Of a stretch of 64,000 bases of DNA, positions 8,764 to 19,419 are shown in pieces; positions within the stretch are counted from its first letter, which is position 1, and every line of letters starts with the position of its first letter. Below the pieces are notes generated by a model. It worked only from the letters and a program-made list of their open reading frames with translations, had not been told where the DNA came from and ran no database searches. The stretch lies in the IMG/VR virus record IMGVR_UViG_3300005611_000001. One strand, given 5' to 3'. The translations under genes and the position numbers were made by a program. This DNA is from a virus (lineage: Duplodnaviria > Caudoviricetes).

Positions 8764-11195
8764 AATTCTATACTAATGTTCTTCGATATGGTAACAAAAT
8801 CCTCTATCGCGGCTACGAAGATGGCGTAGCAGTCGCGCGTAAAATTCCTTATGCTCCTACTCTCTTCGTAGAGAGCCCGAAAGCTACAGGCAAATATCAC
8901 ACACTCTTTGGCAAAGCTGTCGAGCCCATGAAGTTTGACAGCATGTCGGACGCTGCTGACTTCATGAAACAGTACGAAGGTGTGCCTAACTTCTCTGTTC
9001 ATGGGCAGACGAACTATGTGACTCAGTTTATTGGTGAAGCCTTTCCTCGTGATATCAAATTCAATCGTGATCAGATTAATGTCTGTACGATTGACATCGA
9101 GGTCGCTTCTGACGCTGGCTTTCCAAAGCCAAACGAAGCAAAGCATCCCGTAATCTCAATTGCCGTCAAGTCGAACCAGTCGATGCTCTATCATGTATGG
9201 GGCATGGGTGAGTACGATCCGACTCTGAACGATCACCACATTCAATACTATCACTGCTCAGACGAAGAGAATCTGCTGCAGTCTTTCATGTTCTGGTGGG
9301 CAAAGAACTATCCCGATGTGCTGACTGGCTGGAATAGCAAGATGTTCGATATTCCATATCTGGTCAATCGGGCTCAGCAAGTACTAGGCTTTGAAGCGAT
9401 CAAGAAGTTCTCGCCGTGGGGGCTCGTGCGCGAGCGCGAGATTCGTATGATCAACGGCACTGAAATTGCCTATGATCTTGAAGGCATTTCGCAATTAGAC
9501 TATCTGGATCTTTTCAAAAAGTTTGGTAAGCAGACCTGGGGCGAGCAAGAATCATATAAACTTGACCACATTGCACATGTTGTGCTGGGTGAGCGCAAGC
9601 TATCATATGATGAATACGGTTCGCTTCATTCTCTGTACAAGCATGATTTTCAAAAGTTTATTGACTATAACATCAAAGACGTTGAGTTAGTAGATCGTTT
9701 CGAAGAGAAGATGGGTCTGATTTCTCTAGCAATGACCATGGCGTATCAAGCGAAGACCAATTATCAAGAAACGTTTGGCACGACCGCAATCTGGGATTCT
9801 ATTATCTACAACCAGTTGATCCAAAAGAATATCGTGATCCCTGGTAAGCCACCGATTGATCACGATGCTGGTAAGATTGTCGGCGGCTATGTGAAAGACC
9901 CTATGGTCGGTGCACATGACTGGGTGCTTTCGTTTGACTTAAACTCTCTGTACCCAAACATCATCGTGCAATATAACATGTCGCCCGAGACGATGTGCTA
10001 TGAAGAGAATGCAGACACGACCAAGTGCGCGAATGGTGCTATGTTCCGAAAAGATTTCGAAGGCATTATTCCAAATGTCATTCGTAAGTTCTACGACGAC
10101 CGTGTAAGCATCAAGCGAAGCATGCTTGATGCCAAGCAGCAGTACGAGAATGCACCTACAAAGAAACTAGAGAATGAAATTGCTACGCTTGATAATCAGC
10201 AGATGGCAATTAAGATTCTTATGAACAGCCTCTACGGTGCGCTAGCGAACAAATACTTCCGCTACTTCGATCAGAAGATTGCTGAGGGTGTGACCACAAA
10301 CGGGCAGCGGGCGATCAAGGCTGCAGAGAAAGCAGTGAACGATGAAATGCAGGAGATTCTTGGCACCAAAGACGACTATGTGATTGCAATCGATACCGAT
10401 TCGGTATACATTAACTTCGCACCGCTAGTTACTCTGCACAAGCCAGCTAATCCTGTTAACTTTCTGAGTAAAGTCGCAGAACACTTTGAGCAAAAGATTG
10501 CCGACGCATATGCAAAGCTAGCGAAAGACACCAACGCATACGAGAATCGCATGGTGATGAAGCGAGAAGCAATCGCTGATCGTGGTATCTGGATGGCGAA
10601 GAAGCGCTACATTCTAAACGTCCACGATAACGAAGGCGTTCGCTATGCTACGCCTAAGCTGAAGATGATGGGCATTGAGGCGATCAAGTCGAGTACGCCT
10701 CAAGTTGTTCGTGATAAGTTCAAAGAGGTGTTCCAGGTTATCATCGAAGGCACCGAAGCAGATACTCAGAAGTTTATTGCAAACTTCAAGAGTGAGTTTA
10801 AGACTCTCACACCCGAAGACATTGCGTTTCCTCGGGGTGTCTCTGAGATTACGAAGTGGAAAGATCGACACACGATCTACAGCAAAGGCACTCCGATCCA
10901 TGTTCGTGGTTCTCTGCTATATAATCATTATGTAAAACAAGAAGCACTGCAAGATAAGTATGAATCGATTCAAGATGGCGAAAAGATTAAGTTTCTCTAT
11001 CTCAAGCAGCCAAATCGGATCAAAGAAAATGTTATCGCATTTCCTGGTCAGTTGCCAAAAGAGCTTGGCTTGCACAATGCTGTAGATTATGATAATATGT
11101 TCGTTAAGACATTTCTTGATCCATTAGAACCAATTCTTGCTGCTGTTGGCTGGTCAGCAGAACCTAGAGCATCACTTGAGGACTTTTTTGGATGA
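8760..11195 (+). CDS. gp43: DNA polymerase family B
   Basis: Exo [31 protein letters not shown]. Confidence 0.98.
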   Translation: MKFYTNVLRYGNKILYRGYEDGVAVARKIPYAPTLFVESPKATGKYHTLFGKAVEPMKFDSMSDAADFMKQYEGVPNFSVHGQTNYVTQFIGEAFPRDIKFNRDQINVCTIDIEVASDAGFPKPNEAKHPVISIAVKSNQSMLYHVWGMGEYDPTLNDHHIQYYHCSDEENLLQSFMFWWAKNYPDVLTGWNSKMFDIPYLVNRAQQVLGFEAIKKFSPWGLVREREIRMINGTEIAYDLEGISQLDYLDLFKKFGKQTWGEQESYKLDHIAHVVLGERKLSYDEYGSLHSLYKHDFQKFIDYNIKDVELVDRFEEKMGLISLAMTMAYQAKTNYQETFGTTAIWDSIIYNQLIQKNIVIPGKPPIDHDAGKIVGGYVKDPMVGAHDWVLSFDLNSLYPNIIVQYNMSPETMCYEENADTTKCANGAMFRKDFEGIIPNVIRKFYDDRVSIKRSMLDAKQQYENAPTKKLENEIATLDNQQMAIKILMNSLYGALANKYFRYFDQKIAEGVTTNGQRAIKAAEKAVNDEMQEILGTKDDYVIAIDTDSVYINFAPLVTLHKPANPVNFLSKVAEHFEQKIADAYAKLAKDTNAYENRMVMKREAIADRGIWMAKKRYILNVHDNEGVRYATPKLKMMGIEAIKSSTPQVVRDKFKEVFQVIIEGTEADTQKFIANFKSEFKTLTPEDIAFPRGVSEITKWKDRHTIYSKGTPIHVRGSLLYNHYVKQEALQDKYESIQDGEKIKFLYLKQPNRIKENVIAFPGQLPKELGLHNAVDYDNMFVKTFLDPLEPILAAVGWSAEPRASLEDFFG

Positions 11196-11815
11196 AACTA
11201 GATCATCTTTCTTTTCCTGATATTGGGTGGGGATATATGCCTGCCACAGAAGAAATATATTCTGCATTTAATTGGTGCCAAGAAAGAATTAACCCTAAGC
11301 ATGTTTTAGAAATCGGCTATCACATGGGACATTCTACGACATATCAATTAGAAATATTTAAAAACGCACACGTTCTTTCTATTTCTCCTTATAACGATCT
11401 TTCGGGTAGAAAAGCAGGTGATCGCGTTGATCAATCTGATCGACACAGAATGGCAATTACGTTAAAAGAAATATATGGTAATAGATGGGATTGGCTTCCG
11501 GGAAGAACAAAACATCTAAAAGATTGTCTTATAGAGTATAATGATCAGCAGAAAGTTAAATTTGATTTTGCATTAGTTGATGGAAATCATTCAGAAGCTA
11601 ATGCTACGCTTGATATACAAACATGTATTGATTTGGGAATCAGGTTTATGCTGATTGATAACCACGAACTTAAAACTGTTCAAAGAGCGGTCAAAAGTTT
11701 TTCAGAAATTGTTCCAGTTAAACCTTTTTATTATGAACAAACGTTTAAAGGCAAGAAAAATAATGGTGAAATTCTTTTAGCCCAGGTTAGAAATCCTCAA
11801 AAAAATATGCTATAA
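11192..11815 (+). CDS. Putative SAM-dependent methyltransferase
   Basis: [26 protein letters not shown]. Confidence 0.65.
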   Translation: MKLDHLSFPDIGWGYMPATEEIYSAFNWCQERINPKHVLEIGYHMGHSTTYQLEIFKNAHVLSISPYNDLSGRKAGDRVDQSDRHRMAITLKEIYGNRWDWLPGRTKHLKDCLIEYNDQQKVKFDFALVDGNHSEANATLDIQTCIDLGIRFMLIDNHELKTVQRAVKSFSEIVPVKPFYYEQTFKGKKNNGEILLAQVRNPQKNML

Positions 11816-11825
11816 TATCTTCATT

Positions 11826-12752
11826 ATGAAAACTGAACTGACGATTTTCAAGAATCGATTCGACAACAAAACTCACAAGCAAGTCTCCCTGAAGTCATGG
11901 TCTGATTTCAAAGACTTGCTTTATTCGCTGTCGAAAATTCCTGAAACAAAAAAGACTGCTTCTCTAATCAGCCCAGCGATATATACTACTGGCACAACCC
12001 GTTCAAATGATAATGTTGAATATTGGGGCAAGTGGGCTGCTGTCGATGTAGATGATTTCGACACGGGAGGATATCCTCTAGATGAGCTACTTGTTTCTAA
12101 GTTTCACAATTATAATTATGTTTGTTATTCTACAGCAAGCAGTACAGTCGACCTACCGAAGTTTCGAATCGTCTTCGAACTTACACGCCGAGTTGAGAGA
12201 GAAGAGATACGACACTTCTGGCATGCCCTCAATACAGAACTTGGAGAAATCGGAGATCAACAAACTAAAGATTTATCACGAATGTATTATGTGCCTGCGG
12301 CGTACATTGACGCTCACAATTTTATCTTTTCTAACACTGGCGAGCCTGTTGATCCTGACTATCTAAAAGCAAAGCATCCTTACAAAGAAAAAGAAGGCAA
12401 GAACTTTCTTGATCGTCTGCCGCCCGAACTACAAGCAGCAGTGATTCAGCATCGTAAGGAATCGCTAGATAAGACTAACGTTTCTTGGACAGATTATACA
12501 AACTGCCCTTTCTGGCCAAGAATGTTGGCCGTTCAGTACAAGACTATTAGTGAAACTGGATGGTATCATAAGATGTATCAGATTATGGTTGCAACTGCGG
12601 GCAATGCAATAAAATGTGGATATCCAATCACAGCAAATCAAATTGCGGAACTTTGCAGAAAATTTGACATTGACAATGGAAATTGGTATACTAATCGTCC
12701 GTTAGAGAAAGAAGCGGACCGTGCAGTTGAATATGCTTATCGTAACATTTAG
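11826..12752 (+). CDS. Primase-polymerase-like (AEP superfamily) protein
   Basis: AAVDVDD, YSTASS..KFRIVF, DQQTKDLSRMYYVP, helical C-terminal domain. Confidence 0.55.
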   Translation: MKTELTIFKNRFDNKTHKQVSLKSWSDFKDLLYSLSKIPETKKTASLISPAIYTTGTTRSNDNVEYWGKWAAVDVDDFDTGGYPLDELLVSKFHNYNYVCYSTASSTVDLPKFRIVFELTRRVEREEIRHFWHALNTELGEIGDQQTKDLSRMYYVPAAYIDAHNFIFSNTGEPVDPDYLKAKHPYKEKEGKNFLDRLPPELQAAVIQHRKESLDKTNVSWTDYTNCPFWPRMLAVQYKTISETGWYHKMYQIMVATAGNAIKCGYPITANQIAELCRKFDIDNGNWYTNRPLEKEADRAVEYAYRNI

Positions 12753-12758
12753 GAGAAA

Positions 12759-13682
12759 ATGATGAGTGAAAAAGAAAAAGTGATTGAATTAGAGAATGCA
12801 AAGGTAATTCAACCTGACGATGCTGACTCTGAAAAACAATCTGCAGCACCACCTCCCGGCGCAGTTGCTAAGTTTCGTGTCGGAATTATTGGTGATAATG
12901 CACTAGGTCGTGCCGCTGATGTGGCTTTTAATACCAAGACGACCGAACGCAAAATGGTTTCCGGTTTTCAAGACGTTGATGAACTGATCGCATGGAAGCC
13001 TCAGATTGCAATTATCTGCGCTGACGTGCCTCTTCTGAAAAACGATACTCTTGATGACGCTGAGCTTCTTGATACCGTCAACAAGCTTATTCGTCAAATT
13101 GAGTGTGCTGTCTGCATTCGTTCGACGATGAATATCGAAACAATTGAGCGCATGATTCTTTCTATGGGTCCTCAAGCATTTGATGCTAAAGTGATCTACA
13201 TGCCCGAAGTTGCTGATCCCAACAATCTGGGAAGTGTTCTGTCTGCTGATTACGCTCTGATTGGTGGTGCAGAAAAAACAATTCCTGCATTTTTGAAGAT
13301 CATTCGTGATACAAGTCAGCTATCTGCACAAGAAGTTGTGGCGGGTACTGTTTTCGAAGTTGCGTATGCGAAGCTTGGTATCGCTGGTTTTAAAGCTGTA
13401 AAACAAACCTACTTTAATCAACTATATGATACGATTCTTGATGTTAAGAATGCTAATCCCATCAACGTTCGTCGCATGATGGAAAAGTCTTCTGAATTGA
13501 CTGATCGTACTACAATGGTGCCTACATTTATTCGTGCGCAGGCTGAAGAAGGTGTGACCTATAAGCAAGCGAGAGCTTACTCGGGCGAATATCTTAATGA
13601 TGATGCCCGACTACTTATCGGTATGACCGATAAACTGCCTGTTCTTGACGAGTGTGTTAACTTCAAAAACCTGAAGGACTAG
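12759..13682 (+). CDS. Degenerate UDP-glucose/GDP-mannose dehydrogenase-like protein
   Basis: Rossmann-like VGIIGDNALG, CIRST, YMPE, AKLGIAGFKAVKQTYFNQLYD; no GGHCFPKD motif. Confidence 0.5.
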   Translation: MMSEKEKVIELENAKVIQPDDADSEKQSAAPPPGAVAKFRVGIIGDNALGRAADVAFNTKTTERKMVSGFQDVDELIAWKPQIAIICADVPLLKNDTLDDAELLDTVNKLIRQIECAVCIRSTMNIETIERMILSMGPQAFDAKVIYMPEVADPNNLGSVLSADYALIGGAEKTIPAFLKIIRDTSQLSAQEVVAGTVFEVAYAKLGIAGFKAVKQTYFNQLYDTILDVKNANPINVRRMMEKSSELTDRTTMVPTFIRAQAEEGVTYKQARAYSGEYLNDDARLLIGMTDKLPVLDECVNFKNLKD

Positions 13683-13688
13683 TATAAT

Positions 13689-14738
13689 ATGTCTGTTATG
13701 AATAAACTCAAAAAGAATTCGAAAGTCAAGTTTACTGCTGTGCTTTCTGATTCTGAGTTTTTCCAAGAGCGCGAGATTACCAGAATGGACGTTCCCCTGC
13801 TGAATGTCGCGCTGTCTGGTAGTTTGAAAGGAGGGCTAGCATCTGGTCTGACAGTGCTAGCTGGTCCTTCGAAGCACTTCAAGACTTCGTTTGCGCTCAA
13901 GATGGCAGCAGAGTTTCTGAAGTCTGATCCAGAAGCTGTAATGTTGTTCTATGATTCTGAGTTTGGTTCGCCTCAAGCATACTTCGAAACATTTGGTATT
14001 GATGTGTCTCGTGTGCTGCACACACCTATCACCAATGTCGAAGAATTAAAGTTTGATCTGATTGGTCAGCTAGAGCAGCTAGACAAAGAAGACAAGGTAA
14101 TTATTGTCATTGACTCTATCGGCAATCTTGCGTCAAAGAAAGAGCTTGAAGACGCGCTAGACGAAAAGTCTGTGGCTGATATGTCACGAGCAAAAGCACT
14201 CAAGGGCTTGTTCCGTATGGCGACTCCATATCTGACCATGAAGAACATTCCTCTGCTTGCAATCAATCACACTTACAAAGAGATTGGTCTGTTTCCGAAA
14301 GATATCGTCGGTGGTGGTACTGGTATCTACTATTCTGCTGATAATATCTGGATTCTTGGTCGTCGTCAGAACAAGACTGGCACTGAGGTAACTGGTTATG
14401 ATTTCATCATCAATGTTGAGAAGTCTAGATTTGTTAAAGAGAAGTCTAAGATCCCTATTAGTGTTTCTTGGGACGGTGGCATTGAGCGTTTTAGCGGTTT
14501 ACTTGACATTGGCCTTGCTTCTGGTTTTGTTACTAAGCCTTCCAATGGTTGGTATCAGCGTGTTGACACTAGCACTGGCGAAGTCATTGGAAACAAAATC
14601 AGAGAAAAAGACACTCTGAGCGAAGACTTCTGGGCAGACATTCTGTCTGATGCTAGGTTTCAAGAGTTTGTTGAGAAGCAATACAAGATTGGTGCAGGCA
14701 GTACCGGCATTGAACTTGAACTTGAAATGGAAGAATAA
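13689..14738 (+). CDS. uvsX: RecA-like recombinase
   Basis: AGPSKHFKT, FYDSEFG, VIDSIGNLAS, GGGTGIYYSA. Confidence 0.97.
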   Translation: MSVMNKLKKNSKVKFTAVLSDSEFFQEREITRMDVPLLNVALSGSLKGGLASGLTVLAGPSKHFKTSFALKMAAEFLKSDPEAVMLFYDSEFGSPQAYFETFGIDVSRVLHTPITNVEELKFDLIGQLEQLDKEDKVIIVIDSIGNLASKKELEDALDEKSVADMSRAKALKGLFRMATPYLTMKNIPLLAINHTYKEIGLFPKDIVGGGTGIYYSADNIWILGRRQNKTGTEVTGYDFIINVEKSRFVKEKSKIPISVSWDGGIERFSGLLDIGLASGFVTKPSNGWYQRVDTSTGEVIGNKIREKDTLSEDFWADILSDARFQEFVEKQYKIGAGSTGIELELEMEE

Positions 14739-15055
14739 TGGATAGAATGATCGAAGGGCAAGACTACGCGCTGGTTCCGGCTAGCGCTGTAGAAAATGAT
14801 CAAGCTTGGGATGTGCGTATTCTTGAGGGCAATTTTGCAGAGACTGTAATTCGATTTGGTAACATTGCATTTGATGGAGAAAGCGATTGCTTGACATTCA
14901 ATTTTGTGATAGTATCAACTCCTGACGGTGAATTAACTACCGAATCTGTTGAACTGCAAAACCGTGCTGCTGATATTCTTGCAAGTGTGCTAGAAGAAGC
15001 AGCAGCATCTGGCTCTCTCGTATTAGGCGATCCCGAGGAAAAAAGTGAAGATTGA
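14738..15055 (+). CDS. Hypothetical acidic protein between uvsX and gp41
   Basis: Coupled ORF; no recognisable family. Confidence 0.65.
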   Translation: MDRMIEGQDYALVPASAVENDQAWDVRILEGNFAETVIRFGNIAFDGESDCLTFNFVIVSTPDGELTTESVELQNRAADILASVLEEAAASGSLVLGDPEEKSED

Positions 15056-16418
15056 TCTAGAACAAATCATTCTGCGTAATCTATTAACGAACGAGCCTTA
15101 CATGCGTAAGGTCGTTCCGTTTCTTAAGAAAGAATATTTTGAGGGTGTCTACCAACATATCTTTACCGAAGTAACTAAGTTTGTTCAGAAGTACAATAAA
15201 CTGCCTACGCTTGAAGCATTTAAAATTGAGATTGATCAGTCTGATCGAATCAGTGATCAGATGTACACTCATGCTATGGATATTCTCCCTAATATTTTCG
15301 AAAGAAAAGAAGAGAATGATCAATGGCTGCTTGATACTACAGAAAAGTGGTGTCAGGACCGCGCAGTCTATCGTGCAATCATGGAGTCTATCTCCATCAT
15401 TGACGGCAAGCACGAGAAGCTTACAAAGAATGCGCTGCCTGACATACTGCAGAATGCACTAGCCGTATCGTTTGATACCAACATCGGGCACGACTACCTT
15501 GAAAATGTTGATGAGCGATACGCTTTCTATCATGCACAAGAAGAGCGCATACCCTTTGATCTTGATTACTTCAATCGGATCACAAAAGGCGGGCTACCAA
15601 ATAAGACCCTTAATATTGCGCTCGCTGGTACAGGCGTCGGTAAGTCGCTGTTCATGTGCCACGTTGCGGCTAGTGCCCTATCGCAGGGTCGTAATGTTCT
15701 GTACATTACGATGGAGATGGCAGAGGAGCGCATTGCTGAACGCATTGACGCAAATCTGCTGAATGTGCCAATCGATCAGTTAGAGAATATGTCGAAAGAT
15801 ATGTTTTCGAACCGTGTGCGTAAGATTGCAGAAAGCACAAATGGTAAGCTGATCATCAAGGAGTACCCGACCGGGCAAGCACACTCTGGTCATTTTCGGG
15901 CGTTGCTAATGGAACTGAAGTTAAAGAAGAAGTTTGTTCCTGAATTGATATTCATTGATTATCTGAATATCTGTGCATCCTCGCGAATGAAATCCATGGG
16001 TGGTGCCATCAACTCTTACACCTATATCAAAGCGATTGCTGAAGAGCTTCGCGGTTTGGCTGTAGAGTTTGATGTTCCGATTGTGTCAGCGACACAGACT
16101 ACTCGGTCGGGGTATGGCAATTCTGATCCTGGGCTTGAAGACACTTCGGAGTCTTTCGGCCTTCCTGCAACCGCTGATCTGATGTTTGCTCTGGTGTCAA
16201 ACGATGAACTGAGCAGCCTTGGTCAGATTATGGTCAAGCAGCTAAAGAATCGCTATAACGATCCTAATGTTGATAAAAGATTCGTCATAGGGGTTGACAG
16301 GTCGAAGATGAAGCTGTATGATGTAGATGAGTCGCAGCAAGACCTTGTTGATGACGATGTGCCAGTCTTTGATAAATCGACTTCTGGCGAAAAGCTGAAA
16401 GGCATTAAAATCTTCTAG
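15045..16418 (+). CDS. gp41: Replicative DNA helicase
   Basis: AGTGVGKS, ITMEMAEE, IFIDYLNI, SATQTTR, KQLKNRY. Confidence 0.97.
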   Translation: MKIDLEQIILRNLLTNEPYMRKVVPFLKKEYFEGVYQHIFTEVTKFVQKYNKLPTLEAFKIEIDQSDRISDQMYTHAMDILPNIFERKEENDQWLLDTTEKWCQDRAVYRAIMESISIIDGKHEKLTKNALPDILQNALAVSFDTNIGHDYLENVDERYAFYHAQEERIPFDLDYFNRITKGGLPNKTLNIALAGTGVGKSLFMCHVAASALSQGRNVLYITMEMAEERIAERIDANLLNVPIDQLENMSKDMFSNRVRKIAESTNGKLIIKEYPTGQAHSGHFRALLMELKLKKKFVPELIFIDYLNICASSRMKSMGGAINSYTYIKAIAEELRGLAVEFDVPIVSATQTTRSGYGNSDPGLEDTSESFGLPATADLMFALVSNDELSSLGQIMVKQLKNRYNDPNVDKRFVIGVDRSKMKLYDVDESQQDLVDDDVPVFDKSTSGEKLKGIKIF

Positions 16419-16426
16419 GAATTGAC

Positions 16427-16630
16427 ATGGATGCAACTACGCATACAATTCTATCGACCGCTCTGCTCTTCGTAGCATACAAGGTCGGTAGACACTTTGG
16501 CTATCGTGACGGGCTTATCGATGTCTGGATTACGCTGCTGAATGTCTTCGATGCTAAGAAGATGATCATCAATGATAATGGCGAGTTGATTATTATAGAC
16601 AAAAATGGTAATGAGAGGAAAATTAATTGA
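16427..16630 (+). CDS. Small hypothetical protein, N-terminal hydrophobic helix
   Basis: Tiled ORF with AGGA SD. Confidence 0.55.
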   Translation: MDATTHTILSTALLFVAYKVGRHFGYRDGLIDVWITLLNVFDAKKMIINDNGELIIIDKNGNERKIN

Positions 16631-16905
16631 CAGTTAAGTATAAGTTTCGTGAAGACGAGTTGTTGAAAGAGTTTAAAGAATATATCGACTCTACCTATAG
16701 TGGTCATTATGGGCAAGGCGGGCTGCAGTCTGCTGAAGTCATTGTTGACCGTGGGCATGGTTTGGGATTCTTCTCTGGCAATGTCGATAAGTACAACGGT
16801 CGCTACGGCAAGAAAGGCGAGCCTAGCGAGCATCGCAAAGACATTCTGAAGATCATTCACTATGGGTTTCTCATGCTATATGAGCATGACAGGTTGCACA
16901 GCTAA
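16627..16905 (+). CDS. DUF3310-like hypothetical protein
   Basis: HY..., GNVDKYNGRYGKKG, DILKIIHY pattern. Confidence 0.55.
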   Translation: MTVKYKFREDELLKEFKEYIDSTYSGHYGQGGLQSAEVIVDRGHGLGFFSGNVDKYNGRYGKKGEPSEHRKDILKIIHYGFLMLYEHDRLHS

Positions 16906-17138
16906 TGGCTTTTAATGCGAAGATAGCAAAGACTGCTGTCAGCGACACCATAGTTGCAACACCGATCAATCTTGTGTTAAACTATGTTCTGTTGAAAATC
17001 TTTCTACCATTCGAACTGAGCGCAGAGGTGATGACAATCGTCTTTACCTCTGTGTTTTTTGTTGTAGCATGTGTAAGAAAATACATTGTGTTTTCGTATT
17101 TTACTAGGAAACAAAACAATGCAACTTTACGCAATTAA
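16905..17138 (+). CDS. Small two-helix membrane protein
   Basis: Two hydrophobic segments; coupled start. Confidence 0.55.
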   Translation: MAFNAKIAKTAVSDTIVATPINLVLNYVLLKIFLPFELSAEVMTIVFTSVFFVVACVRKYIVFSYFTRKQNNATLRN

Positions 17139-17745
17139 CAATAAAAAGATTCTTGACATATTAGAGGAAATTCGTTACACTTTTCTTGAAAAATATGACA
17201 TAGCTGAAATATTAAAACTTGAAGGCTATGAAAAATACAATGATCTTTGTACGTCTGATGATTATCTTAAAAAAATAATCTCTCTAAACAAAGATCATGT
17301 TGGATTACCAAATTTATTTTATGGGTATCAAGCAAAAACTTTCAAAGACAATAATTCAGAATATAAAAAAGATTTCTCAAATCTGACGAACAAAATGAGT
17401 GTTTTTCTTAATAGTGCTAGGTCTGCTTTATGGGCAATTTATCCTCCAAAAGGTTATATCGACTGGCATAATAATGCTAATGCCCCTGGTTATAATATTA
17501 TTTTTACATACAGCGAAACTGGAGAAGGATGTTTTAAATATTATCACGGAAGCGCAGAGCAAAAAGTAACTATTCATGATAAAAAAGGGTGGTCTTTTAA
17601 AGCAGGTTATTTTGGTAGTTATGAAGACAAAAAACCGCTGTATCATTGCGCTTCAACAGATTGTTGGAGAATCACAATTTCTCACGTTATAAAAGATGTT
17701 TCAACCTGGAACAAAATAATACAATTAATTAATCAAGGAGAGTAA
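17119..17745 (+). CDS. Cupin/2OG-Fe(II) oxygenase-like protein
   Basis: YPPKGYIDWHNN, YHCAST, RITIS; AT-rich; start set at ATG 17119. Confidence 0.5.
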   Translation: MQLYAINNKKILDILEEIRYTFLEKYDIAEILKLEGYEKYNDLCTSDDYLKKIISLNKDHVGLPNLFYGYQAKTFKDNNSEYKKDFSNLTNKMSVFLNSARSALWAIYPPKGYIDWHNNANAPGYNIIFTYSETGEGCFKYYHGSAEQKVTIHDKKGWSFKAGYFGSYEDKKPLYHCASTDCWRITISHVIKDVSTWNKIIQLINQGE

Positions 17746-17746
17746 A

Positions 17747-18277
17747 ATGAGTACGCATGAACCTGTTCCGTTTGTAACTTTTAAGACTCGCGTTCGCGAC
17801 GAGTCTGTCGGTGGCGATAATCCTTATCGCTGGCAAGATGTGACCACTGACGATCTGTTCAGTGGCAAGCGCGTGGTTGTCTTCTCGCTGCCTGGTGCGT
17901 TTACGCCTACCTGCTCTACTATGCAGCTGCCTGGCTTTGAAGAGAACGCACAGAAGTTCTATGACGCAGGCATTGACGAGATTTACTGCATTTCTGTTAA
18001 TGACTCGTTTGTGATGAACGCATGGGCGAAGGCTCAGAATCTTAAGCATGTTAAAGTGATTCCTGATGGTTCGGGTTACTTCACTGACGACATGGGCATG
18101 CTTGTCAATAAAGACAATCTCGGCTTTGGTAAGCGCTCTTGGCGCTATGCAATGGTCGTAGACAACGGCATCGTCGAAAAGTACTTTGTCGAGCCTGGGC
18201 GTAAAAATGATTGCGCCGATGATCCCTACGGCGAGACGACTCCCGAAAAAATCATGGCTTACTTAGGTATTGAATAA
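17747..18277 (+). CDS. Peroxiredoxin (Prx5-like)
   Basis: PGAFTPTCS, CISVNDSFVMNAW, RSWRYAMVV. Confidence 0.93.
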   Translation: MSTHEPVPFVTFKTRVRDESVGGDNPYRWQDVTTDDLFSGKRVVVFSLPGAFTPTCSTMQLPGFEENAQKFYDAGIDEIYCISVNDSFVMNAWAKAQNLKHVKVIPDGSGYFTDDMGMLVNKDNLGFGKRSWRYAMVVDNGIVEKYFVEPGRKNDCADDPYGETTPEKIMAYLGIE

Positions 18278-18594
18278 TGGCTGTTGAGCATGAGTTTATG
18301 CTGACCTGGGTCGAGCGTATCAAGCAGTGGCATCATGATCGCAACTTGATCGATGGTGCTACTGACAAAGATCAGGTCTGCAAGTTGATCCAAGAAGTTG
18401 GTGAGTTGAGCGATAATGTTTGCAAGAATCGTGACATCCGTGACGACATTGGGGACATTATCGTGGTCCTAATTAATATTGTTGAGAGGCACAATCTAAG
18501 CTTGACAGAGTGTCTTGAAGTAGCATATAATGATATCAAAGATCGGAAAGGTCGAATGGTCGACGGTATTTTTGTGAAAGAGGATGATTTATAA
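18277..18594 (+). CDS. mazG: MazG-like NTP pyrophosphohydrolase
   Basis: KLIQEVGEL, DDIGD, AYNDIKDRKG. Confidence 0.85.
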   Translation: MAVEHEFMLTWVERIKQWHHDRNLIDGATDKDQVCKLIQEVGELSDNVCKNRDIRDDIGDIIVVLINIVERHNLSLTECLEVAYNDIKDRKGRMVDGIFVKEDDL

Positions 18595-18863
18595 TGAGTA
18601 TGAAGGGCTTTCTCGCTGCTGCTCGCGCTGGCGTTGTGACTGTCGAGTTTCGTAAGGTCAAGACTGGTGAGTTTCGCCGTATGCCTTGCACTCTTAATAA
18701 TGTCTTAAGTGAAGGTAATGTTCCTGAAATTTTACCGAACGATCTAAACGAAGAAGGTTCACACTTCGCAGTGTGGGCAGTAGATGTCAAAGGTTGGCGT
18801 TCGTTCCGTCTTGATACGGTTGAGCGTTGGTATGTTGGCTACCCGGAGGTACAAGACGAATGA
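18594..18863 (+). CDS. WYL/Sm-like small protein
   Basis: VEFRKVKTGEFRRMPCTL ... WRSFRLDTV. Confidence 0.55.
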   Translation: MSMKGFLAAARAGVVTVEFRKVKTGEFRRMPCTLNNVLSEGNVPEILPNDLNEEGSHFAVWAVDVKGWRSFRLDTVERWYVGYPEVQDE

Positions 18864-19066
18864 AAGAGTTTAGAGACGAAATGCTTCAGGTTGCAAAGGC
18901 ACACTTCGAAGCACACATTCACAAGCATCGCATGAATATCGAAGTGTTTCTGAATAACACCGTTGGTGTTGCAGAGCATCCCGATATCATGGAAACGATT
19001 GAAAAAGAACTAAGTGAGATGGCACACTATCATGATCTTCTTGAGGCTCTTGAAACTTACTTCTAG
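18860..19066 (+). CDS. Small hypothetical protein
   Basis: SD GGAGG; GVAEHPDIMETIEKEL. Confidence 0.65.
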   Translation: MKEFRDEMLQVAKAHFEAHIHKHRMNIEVFLNNTVGVAEHPDIMETIEKELSEMAHYHDLLEALETYF

Positions 19067-19214
19067 TCTTGCTATACTTGCGGGCTGTACAAGTGTTCCA
19101 CCTGATGAGTGCGAGCAGGCTCTAGAATTTCCTCTAGAACTGACCGCCTACATACAAGGCATCGGCGGTATTGTCGATGCCGATATGTTACCCTCAATCT
19201 GTTTGGACAAGTGA
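19050..19214 (+). CDS. Possible small lipoprotein
   Basis: TTG start, LAILAGC lipobox; fills the gap between genes. Confidence 0.35.
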   Translation: MKLTSSLAILAGCTSVPPDECEQALEFPLELTAYIQGIGGIVDADMLPSICLDK

Positions 19215-19215
19215 T

Positions 19216-19419
19216 ATGTTTATTTCAAAACTTTGGAACAAGGCAATTGATTCTGCGAAGAGCGCAAACTACAAGCGTAGTTTGAAAGTCGCTCTTGTAC
19301 TAGCACCCTTGGTGGTCTGGGAAGTGTTCTTTTATCTTGTGCAGAAGCTGATGGCTGTTTCTGTTTTTGTTGATGATAAGATTGCGCAATTTCTGCGCGA
19401 TTTCGTGGAGAATAACTAA
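19216..19419 (+). CDS. Small membrane protein
   Basis: Hydrophobic segment; coupled to next gene. Confidence 0.5.
   Translation: MFISKLWNKAIDSAKSANYKRSLKVALVLAPLVVWEVFFYLVQKLMAVSVFVDDKIAQFLRDFVENN

Noticed and set aside
8760-11195. Intein or intron in gp43 (also checked nrdA, nrdB, gp41, uvsX)
   Set aside because: Frames continuous, lengths normal, no splice motifs; the GIY-YIG gene at 54610 is free-standing
14738-15055. gp40 assignment by position between uvsX and gp41
   Set aside because: No recognisable sequence similarity; synteny alone is insufficient
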